From assembly GCA_041640595.1 (NCBI GenBank), contig JBEPZY010000002.1, positions 1 through 38,431 of the forward strand: a stretch of DNA of 38,431 nt, given 5' to 3'. A model generated the notes under the pieces. That model was not told where the DNA came from. It ran no database searches and was given only the letters and a program-made list of their open reading frames with translations. Position 1 is the first letter of the stretch, and every line of letters begins with the position of its first letter. This document shows positions 9,384 through 17,513 of this stretch, piece after piece. The translations under genes and the position numbers were made by a program. The stretch comes from Gemmatales bacterium (GTDB lineage Bacteria; Planctomycetota; Planctomycetia; Gemmatales; HRBIN36).

Positions 9384-10293
9384 ACCCGGCCATGCAGGAT
9401 TATCTGGACGAAGACGTGGCGTATTTACTCGGCCTGCTGGTAGGCAGAGGAAAGATAACGCAGGAACAAAGCCGCTGGATTGCCGTTATCGAATTTCCAT
9501 TCGTTCGGCCCCACCTGGAAGGTCTGGATCAATTCCACCATTTCCTGGCCAGCGTCGTTACGACTGTCCTTCCCCGATTGAAAGCGCTCCTGGGCGAGGG
9601 TGTTAATCTGTCTTCGGTTCCCGGAAAACAAGTTGCCGTTACCGTTGAATTGCCTGCGCGACATCTGGCGGTGCGAAATTTGCAAATGATTTTGCAAGGG
9701 GTCAAAGTCACAGTCAGTTTAACGTCCCCAAGGTCATAACCGAGTCCAACGGCGAAATCATCCGCGAGTTCGTTCGCGGTTTTGCCGATGTGGCCGGCAA
9801 CATTCGCAGGAGCAATAACGACCGCAACGGTTTCCATCGGGTCTATCTGGATGTGTTGAATGCCAACTGGAAGCTGCCCGTGCAGCTGTGCGGGCTTCTC
9901 CAGCAGAAGTTGGTAATACCCGTGCACGAAATTTTATGGGGTCATCCCAACCTTCGCGATCCTCAAGCCACTCGTGTTTCCCAGTCTCCTTTCCGCGAGC
10001 ATCAATTGCGCATCTACGCCCACGATTTTTTGCAGGTGGGCTTTTACATTAGCCACAAGCAGGAGGTGCTGGAGAGACTCGCAGCCGAGAACCAGCAGCG
10101 CATTCAGCAGGGCAAATCTGACCCGTCCAGTTTTTGCCCAGGCTCTCGAGGGTTGCGTCGAAAAAAAGACCATCCGCTGGAACACGACAAACGGATGCCC
10201 AGACTTATTCGTGGGCGACACTTTGACGCCTACTGGCAAATTTGCGCTGCCTGCGGTTGTCGCCTCGCCCGAAATGCGATGCGGCACTCATAG
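9380..10293 (+). pseudogene. Frameshifted double-LAGLIDADG-like protein with Cys-rich C-terminus
   Basis: ATGA overlap with the MTase stop. Frame A has AYLLGLLVGRGKI. A -1 shift near GGGG 9698-9701 continues GQSHSQFNVPKVITESNGEIIREFVRGFADVAGNI through FCP...CAACGC to the stop at 10293. Confidence 0.65.
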
Positions 10294-10343
10294 TGGTGAA
10301 AGCGGTTGGTACCGACGCTGCCGCGATAAAGGTGAGTAAGCAG

Positions 10344-10841
10344 ATGCGGGAACGAGAACTTTACCGTCCTGTTTGCGATTGGCTCGCCAGGTTTTTGCGG
10401 CAGAAATATCGTTCTGCTGCCGTTCGTGTGGAAGACACGTCGCGTTCCAGCGTAGCCGAATTCCTCCGTCGGCACGAGCTCACAAGGTATGTGCCTTACT
10501 GGGTAACGCTGGAAGTTCCTGCAGATGTGACCGGAGCCGCTGTGCTCACCGGCCACCCACATCGCAGTCTGTTACGGCTAGCTATCGTGGAAGTCAAGCT
10601 GAAGGTGATCAACTTGCGAGATTTGTCCCAGGCAATCGGCTACGCAAAAGTGGTTCAGCCACATTACGCATTCCTTGTCTCACCCAAAGGATGGACAGAG
10701 AATCTGCAACGGCTGATGCGGGATTATCAGCGTTCAGATGTACTTGAATATGGCCCGCAGCGATGGCTCGCGGTTGCGCGATGGGACCACGCTAGCGGCT
10801 GTGTGCGCACGGGCGAATTCCTGCTTCCAGGCATACCCTGA
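10344..10841 (+). CDS. Short putative PD-(D/E)XK nuclease-fold protein
   Basis: 165 aa. MRERELYRPVCDWL start, PADVTG (motif II), IVEVK (motif III), DLSQAIGY (QxxxY). Confidence 0.65.
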   Translation: MRERELYRPVCDWLARFLRQKYRSAAVRVEDTSRSSVAEFLRRHELTRYVPYWVTLEVPADVTGAAVLTGHPHRSLLRLAIVEVKLKVINLRDLSQAIGYAKVVQPHYAFLVSPKGWTENLQRLMRDYQRSDVLEYGPQRWLAVARWDHASGCVRTGEFLLPGIP

Positions 10842-10997
10842 TCGCTGCAACTGCTCTTCACCACCCACAGCGGACGTAATTGAGTTTGTCAACGCGCTCC
10901 GGCTGATGGCTGCAACTGATGTTGACCACACCGTTCGCAGACACGCCAGTCGGGGTCATTCCGACTCCTGATCGCTGCAACCGCTGTTGACCGCACC
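10838..10997. repeat. Three ~29-30-bp degenerate direct repeats at exact 65-bp period with unrelated ~36-bp spacers
   Basis: CTGATCGCTGCAACTGCTCTTCACCACCC (10838), CTGATGGCTGCAACTGATGTTGACCACAC (10903), CTGATCGCTGCAACCGCTGTTGACCGCAC (10968). Confidence 0.75.
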
Positions 10998-11032
10998 CAG
11001 GTACCGAATGGCATACTCAAATCGAACGCAAC

Positions 11033-11076
11033 AAAAAAAGCCGCAGAGCCGCGAGGGTGGCGCGGCTCCGGGCGGT
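11033..11076 (-). terminator. Intrinsic terminator of the Cys-rich protein gene
   Basis: The minus strand reads ACCGCCCGGAGCCGCG-CCACCCT-CGCGGCTCTGCGGC-TTTTTTT, about 50 nt after the stop at 11129. Confidence 0.7.
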
Positions 11077-11128
11077 CGTGCTGCGACAAGGGGGTCGCGG
11101 CAAGGAGGCTAGCTATTCAGCTACCGGC

Positions 11129-11983
11129 TTACTCCTTCTCTTTCGGCATCGGTTTAATCTGTTCCGGTGCCGGAGTCGCCGGAGCATAGGCGGCGGTATG
11201 GCAGCAATCCTGACGGCAAGCGAGGCTGCTCAGGGCGCCTTTCAGCCGGCAGTGCAGGCGTTCCAGGAGGCTCGGCTCTTCGCACACCGGCACGCACACT
11301 TTCACGCGCTTGCACACTTTCACGGTCTTTTCCACCGGCACCTTCTCGCAGACGGTCACCGGCACCTTCTTGACCACTTCCTCTTTGACCATGCGGCAGG
11401 TGGTCACCGGGATTTTCTTCACGACTTCTTCCTGCACCATGCGGCAGACTTTCACGGTGCGGATTTCTTCCTTGGGCACGCAGACTTTCTTGCAGACGAT
11501 GCGGTCGGGTTCTTTCACCAGCTGCCGTTCAAAGTGGCCGAAGCGATAGTGCGTGCAGCCGGTGCAGGGGTCCACGTAGCAACCGCCAGGCACCCAGACC
11601 AGTTTGCAGCGTTCCTTGCCGGGCACGCATTCTTGGACGGTTTTCCATTCGTGGGTGCAGACCTTGATCTGCTTCTCTTCCCACACGGGCTTGCAGACGA
11701 CTTGCTTGCACTCGATCTCCTTGGTTTCATAGACGGGTTTGCAGACGACCTCCTTGACCTCCTTCATGACCGTCTTGGTGACCGTCTCGTAGCAGGTGAC
11801 CTTTTTCTCTTCGACTACGGTCTGATAGCAGGTCTTGTAGCGGATGCGTGGCTGAGCGCAGTGGTCGGGACATGCGCTCGGACAGCCACCGCTGGCTCCA
11901 CAGAATCCGGTCGCACTGACTGGCAAAGCACCCCACAGGGCAGCCAGTCCTCCCAGCAGACTCGCAAGCACCATTCGCCTCAT
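11129..11983 (-). CDS. Secreted Cys/Val/Lys-rich repeat protein (Planctomycete YTV-like envelope protein)
   Basis: ATG 11983 with an AAAAGGAG RBS and signal peptide MRRMVLASLLGGLAALWGALPVSA. Repeats include VCKPVYETKEIEC and EEVVKKVPVTVC. Confidence 0.75.
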   Translation of the reverse strand: MRRMVLASLLGGLAALWGALPVSATGFCGASGGCPSACPDHCAQPRIRYKTCYQTVVEEKKVTCYETVTKTVMKEVKEVVCKPVYETKEIECKQVVCKPVWEEKQIKVCTHEWKTVQECVPGKERCKLVWVPGGCYVDPCTGCTHYRFGHFERQLVKEPDRIVCKKVCVPKEEIRTVKVCRMVQEEVVKKIPVTTCRMVKEEVVKKVPVTVCEKVPVEKTVKVCKRVKVCVPVCEEPSLLERLHCRLKGALSSLACRQDCCHTAAYAPATPAPEQIKPMPKEKE

Positions 11984-12296
11984 CGCAGGACTCCTTTTGA
12001 TAGGTTGACCTTGCTTCCCCAGCCATTTGCCGGTCCTTCCGCAACCGGCGTGTTCCTTTTTGGCTGGCCAATGTAATTTTGAGAGATTGCAGAAAAAAGG
12101 CAAACTGCGGCAGCGAAATTTTCCAGCGAAATTGAGAAAGGCCTGCGCTATATTCGGAATTTTCGTCACGGCCGGAAACTCGTCCTGGCTTGCCGGGTCG
12201 GGAACGACCGCTAGAATTGGTCTCGGAAGCATGCCCGCGAAGCTGGACGCTCCCGGCCGAAGGGCATAATCCCGGTTGCGATCGGAAGGGCGTGCG

Positions 12297-13655
12297 ATGC
12301 CGGCAAGCTTTCGTTGTCCGAACTGTCAGCAGGAGTTGTTGCTAGGCGAGACGCGGCGAGCGGAAGCGACAGTTTGTCCGCGCTGTTTTCAGGTGGTAAC
12401 GTTGCCTGCTGAGCCGGTCAGGGAAGCGGACGGAGAGAGCTTCGATTTTCTGGAAGAGGCATTGCGGCCGACCTCGCCGGAAGAGCCTGCCGCATCGCTA
12501 ACCGCTTCGCCTGCCGCAGCGTCTCAACCACAGGCCATTTTGCCACCGACGAGTGCGCCCGCGGTTGCCGATACCTTTGCCGCGACAGAATCCGGCGGAC
12601 AGACGCCATCCCCGTCGTCGAGTCCGCAGCCTCAAATTGCCGCGGGTCGGTCAGTATCCCGGGCCAGGCCAACCGTCGAGGTGCGCGCCCGGTCGGCAGG
12701 ACAACCTGAAGCTGGTCGTGAAAGCGACGCCAAGCAGCCCGCTCCTGTGGTGGCGACGTTGATCGGATGCGGGGTGCCAGCGCTGGTGCTGCTCCTGGTG
12801 CTCAGCTGGGCGGTGTGGTACGTGGTTCGTTACAGCACGGGCGAGAGCACCTCGCAGGAACATGTGCCGCCGGTCACCCGTGCTCCGCTGGAGAAGTTTT
12901 TCCAGGAGCCGGTCGCCGAACGCATCGTGCGTGAGGTAACCGAGTTATTCGAGCAGTATGTGGATGCGCTGGGAGATCTGCTCGATGCGGAGCGAGCGCC
13001 AGCCGTTCGCCAACGGCTCGGTCAAATTCTGAACAAAGCCCGTCAGCTGGAGGAGCATGTCAGGCAATTAAAACAACTGAATCAGGAGGAGTGGGTTGCG
13101 GCTAAGAATAAGTACACCGCTCGAGTGGGCGAGGGTAAGAAGCGAGTGGATCGGATTCTTGAACGGATCAAGCGGGGCGAGGCCAAACTGCCAGCAGACT
13201 CCCCCGACTGGGCCTTTATCCTGGATTGCACGGACGAGCTCGGTGCATTGCTTCAGCGAGTCGCGTCGTTGAATTTCCAGGAAACGCCGGCCGAGCGGCA
13301 GGCACGCGAATTTGTGGAAATCTACGAGCAGTACGCGGAGGCTCTCGAAAGCCTGTTTGACACCGAGCGAGCTAAGACAGCCGCCGATCAATTACGGCAG
13401 GTCAAGCGCCGGTTGCTCCAGTGGGAAAAACACATGGAAAGCCTGCATCTGGACCCCAGAGAGCATAAGGCTGCGGCAAAGAAGTACAAGGGCCGAGGCG
13501 AACAGGCTGTCCGTCGCGTGCTCGCTGCCAGCCAACGCCTGAACCGAGGTGAAGCCAAGCTCCGACCAAACTCCCCCGAAGCGCGGTCGATCCTGCAACT
13601 AGTGGACGAAATCGTCGAAATTCTGGGGCGTATCGCCACGAAATATCCTTTCTGA
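12297..13655 (+). CDS. Membrane protein: N-terminal zinc ribbon, Pro/Ala linker, one TM helix, two tandem ~125-aa helical domains
   Basis: CPNC...CPRC; TM segment VATLIGCGVPALVLLLVLSWAVWYVV; internal duplication (AERIVREVTELFEQY...RGEAKLPADSP versus AERQAREFVEIYEQY...RGEAKLRPNSP). Confidence 0.8.
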   Translation: MPASFRCPNCQQELLLGETRRAEATVCPRCFQVVTLPAEPVREADGESFDFLEEALRPTSPEEPAASLTASPAAASQPQAILPPTSAPAVADTFAATESGGQTPSPSSSPQPQIAAGRSVSRARPTVEVRARSAGQPEAGRESDAKQPAPVVATLIGCGVPALVLLLVLSWAVWYVVRYSTGESTSQEHVPPVTRAPLEKFFQEPVAERIVREVTELFEQYVDALGDLLDAERAPAVRQRLGQILNKARQLEEHVRQLKQLNQEEWVAAKNKYTARVGEGKKRVDRILERIKRGEAKLPADSPDWAFILDCTDELGALLQRVASLNFQETPAERQAREFVEIYEQYAEALESLFDTERAKTAADQLRQVKRRLLQWEKHMESLHLDPREHKAAAKKYKGRGEQAVRRVLAASQRLNRGEAKLRPNSPEARSILQLVDEIVEILGRIATKYPF

Positions 13656-13876
13656 ATGATCCTGTGCTCGCTGCAAACAAGCCCACGCCCGTTCAGCCCC
13701 GGCCCTGCACCCGGCAACACGGATTCGGTGGCATGGACGTATCCGACAGATCAGGAAGCGTTACTTGCTCGAACGCCCGCCGGCCATGCGCGGTTTCAGG
13801 TCTGATGGCGCTTAAAGTCCGGAAGCCTGGGTGAACGCACACCTTGGATGAGCCGGGGCAGGCGCAGGAGACCGAA

Positions 13877-13941
13877 TGAACCAGAAGCGAATCCTGTTCG
13901 GAGAAGACGCTGCGCAGGTCTGACAGAACCAGGCCATCCTG
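13877..13941 (-). repeat. 65-bp copy of the selA 3' region (3 mismatches to 20448-20512)
   Basis: TGAACCAGAAGCGAATCCTGTTCGGAGAAGACGCTGCGCAGGTCTGACAGAACCAGGCCATCCTG versus selA TGAACCAGAAGCGAATCCTGTTCGGGAAAGACGCTGCGCAGGTCTAACAGAACCAGGCCATCCTG. Confidence 0.92.
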
Positions 13942-16900
13942 TGCCGACAAAATAGCGACTTTCCCGATGCACAAACGCGTGTACAAACCAAGAGCGGGGG
14001 GCGTCAGCCCCCGTGGTTCGCTAACGCGCCTGCACCGACGATCGTGAGCATAGCGCAGGCGGTCTCCCGCGACTTTGCGGAGGCGCCCTTGCAAGTGCGA
14101 TACTCTAACCCACGGCGGGCTGACGCCCGCCGCTCTTGTTTGAGTGCGCGAACGCGTGCCGGTGAAATGGCGACTTTCGCGATGCACAAACGCATGTACA
14201 AACCAAGAGCGGGGGCGTCAGCCCCCGTGGTTCGCTAACGCGCCTGCACGGGAAATCGTGAATCCCCAGCAGACGTGCATTCGTGCAACACAAGAGCGGG
14301 GGGCGTCAGCCCCCCGTGTTCTCCCTGGACGCGAATGCACCGGCGATCGGCACACGTACCCTCGGCGGTCTGCCGTGAGTTAGTGGAAGCGCCGTTGCAA
14401 GTGCGATATTGATACCCACGGCGGGCTGACGCCCGTCGCTCTTGTCTCCGCACGTGACGAGTGTCCCCGGACGTGAGCGGTATCGGTGTTGCAAGTGCGT
14501 TTCCCAACACCCACGGCGGGCTGACGCCCGCCGCTCTTGTTTGAGTGCGCGAACGTGTGCCGGTGAAATGGCGACTTTCGCGATGCACAAACGCATGTAC
14601 AACCAAGAGCGGGGGGCGTCAGCCCCCCGTGTTCTCCCTGGACGCGAATGCACCGGTGATCGGCACACGCACCGTAGGGGGGCTGCCGTAGCTTAGTGGA
14701 AGCGCCGTTGCAAGTGCGTTTCCCAACACCCACGGCGGGCTGACGCCCGCCGCTCCTGTCTCCGCACGTGACGAGTGTCCCCGGACGTGAGCGGTATCGG
14801 TGTTGCAAGTGCGTTACCCAACACCCACGGCGGGCTGACGCCCGCCGCTCTTGTGGGAGTGCGTTTGTGCATCGCAAAAAACGTTTTTTCGCCGGCAAAC
14901 GTTCGCACCGCAACACAAGAGCGGGGGGGCGTAAGCCCCCCGTGGGTTCGCTACCATTACTGCACCGGCGTTCGTGAGCGCACCCACGGCCCTATCCCGG
15001 GAATTTACGACAGCGTTCCTGCAAGTGTGCTTCCCTAACGCTCACGGCGGGCTGACGCCCGCCGCTTCTGGCTGGACGTGCGTTTGTGCATCGCAAAAAT
15101 CGTTTTTTCGCCGGCAAACGTTCGTACGCCAATACAAGAGCGGGGGGCGTTAGCCCCCGTGGGTTCGCTACCACTACTGCACCGGCGTTCGTGGGCGCAC
15201 CCACGGCCCTATCCCGGGAATTTACGACAGCGTTCCTGCAAGTGTGCTTCCCTAACGCTCACGGCGGGCTGACGCCCGCCGCTCCTGTGGATGTGCGTTT
15301 GTGCATCGCAAAAATCGTTTTTCGCCGGCAAACGTTCGCACCGCAATACAAGAGCGGGGGGCGTAAGCCCCCCGTGGCTACCCTGCACGGGAGCACAACG
15401 ACTGAAAATCACAGAAAGCCGGCGTTGGTACAACAGTCGGCCCTTCGCGGCGCCGCTGGACGCGAATGCACCGAAGTTCGTGAGGACACTACCGGCGGCC
15501 TCCTGCGACTTTGCGGAACCGTTCCTGCAAGTGCGTTACCCACGCCCACGGCGGGCTGACGCCCGCCGCTCTTGTGGACGTGCGTTCGTGCATCGCAAAA
15601 ATCGTTTTTCGCCGGCAAACGTTCGCTATGCAACACCAGAGCGGGGGGCGTTAGCCCCCCGTGGTAATTATTAACGGGGAACGCAACGGCGATGCGCACA
15701 TACACCGTCGGCAGTCCGCCGAACGATCGCGCTTGTGTCTGCGCAACGAGTTTCTCGCACGCACGGCGGGCTGACAGCCGCCGCTCTTGCGAATGAGCGT
15801 TAGCCCATCGCAAAAATCGTTTTTCGCCGGCAAACGTTCGCACCGCAACACAAGAGCGGGGGGCGTTAGCCCCCCGTGGCTACCCTGCACGGGAGCACAA
15901 CGACTGAAAATCACAGAAAGCCGGCGTTGGTACAACAGTCGGCCCTTCGCGGCGCCGCTGGACGCGAATGCACCGGTGATCGGCACACGCACCCTTGGCG
16001 GTCTACCGTGAGTTAGTGGAAGCGCCGTTGCAAGTGCGTTACCCACGCCCACGGCGGGCTGACGCCCGCCGCTCTTGTCTCCGCACGTGACGAGTGTCCC
16101 CGGACGTGAGCGGTATCGGTGTTGCAAGTGCGTTTCCCAACACCCACGGCGGGCTCACGCCCGCCGCTCTCTTGTGGACGCGCGTTTGTGCATCGCAAAA
16201 ATCGTTTTTTGCCGGCAAACGTTCGCTATGCAACACAAGAGCGGGGGGCGTCAGCCCCCCGTGTGAGACAAAACGCCGTTGCAAATCGCAACCGCCCATC
16301 TCCGACGATATGCATGCGTGCAACCGGGAGCGGGGGCGTCAGCCCCCCGTGGGTTCGCTAACGCGCCTGCACCGGCGTTCGTGAGCATAGCGCAGGCGGT
16401 CTCCCGCGACTTTGCGGCAGCGTTGCTGCAAGTGCGTTTCCCAACACCCACGGCGGGCTCACGCCCGCCGCTCTTGCGAACGTGCGTTTGTGCATCGAAA
16501 AAATCGTTTTTTTGCCGACAGACGTTCGCACCGCAACACAAGAGCGGGGGGGCGTTAGCCCCCCGTGGGTTCGCTAACGCGCCTGCACCGACGATCGTGA
16601 GCATAGCGCAGGCGGTCTCCCGCGACTTTGCGGCAGCGTTGCTGCAAGTGCGTTTCCGCCACCCACCCTGTTCGGAGAAGACGCTGCGCAGGTCTGACAG
16701 AACCAGGCCATCCTGTGCCGACAAAATAGCGACTTTCGCGATGCACAAACGCATGTACAACCAAGAGCGGGGGGCGTCAGCCCCCCCGTGGTAACCCTGC
16801 ACGGGAGCACAACGACTGAAAATCACGGAAAGCCGGCGTTGGTACAACAGTCGGCCCTTTGCGGCGCCGCTGGACGCCACTGCACCGAAGTTCGTGAGGA

Positions 16901-17215
16901 CACTACCGGCGGCCTCCTGCGACTTTGCGGAACCGTTCCTGCAAGTGCGTTACCCACGCCCACGGCGGGCCGACGCCCGCCGCTCCTGCGAATGAGCGTT
17001 AGCCCATCGCAAAAATCGTTTTTCGCCGGCGGACCTTCGCACTGCAACACAAGAGCGGGGGGCGTTAGCCCCCCCGTGGTAACCCTGCACGGGAGCACAA
17101 CGACTGAAAATCACGGAAAGCCGGCGTTGGTACAACATTCGGCCCTTCGCGGCGCCGCTGGACGCGACTGCAACGGTGATCGGCACACGTACCGTCGGCG
17201 GTCTGCCGTGAGTTA
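13942..17215. repeat. Mosaic array of REP/REPIN/BIME-like palindromes (roughly 27 copies) with shuffled linker modules
   Basis: CACGGCGGGCTGACGCCCGCCGCTCTTG and CAAGAGCGGGGGGCGTCAGCCCCCCGTG occur mostly in alternation, joined by a small set of re-used linkers. Confidence 0.9.
16667..16715 (-). repeat. Second (49-bp) copy of the selA 3' fragment inside the palindrome array
   Basis: CCTGTTCGGAGAAGACGCTGCGCAGGTCTGACAGAACCAGGCCATCCTG, followed by the same TGCCGACAAAATAGCGACTTTC junction as at 13942. Confidence 0.9.
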
Positions 17216-17513
17216 AGGGAAGGAACATGGCGCATCGTGCGATGTCGCCTGCCGACCAACAGCCGGAGGCCGAGGCTTGTTAGAAAAAAGGAAGGAACGT
17301 GGGGCATCGTGCGATGCCGCTTGCCGACCAACAGGCTGCGCTGGCAGCGTCGGAACACAGCAGCGCAAAGCCCTCTCCAGCAGCAGGGATCTCCTCAACC
17401 GCGCTGCGCTGGCAGCGTCGGAATACGGCAGCGGGTGCCACTTGCCTGGATAACCGCCCGGCCCCATAATGTCAGCAACTGGGCAACTTTCGTTACCACC
17501 AGGGGGAAATGTC

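Noticed and set aside
11057..12076. 339-aa plus-strand His/Phe-rich ORF
   Set aside because: It is the antisense shadow of the Cys-rich protein gene.
13942..17215. Array as a canonical CRISPR, and its many short ORFs as genes
   Set aside because: The repeats alternate in orientation, the linkers are re-used and vary widely in length, and there are no cas genes. The ORFs (HGGLTPPAL, RAAGVSPPW) are translations of the palindromes in all frames.
17216..17425. Short local duplications upstream of the WD40 gene
   Set aside because: Only two degenerate copies each, with no structure I could interpret; treated as array-edge debris.
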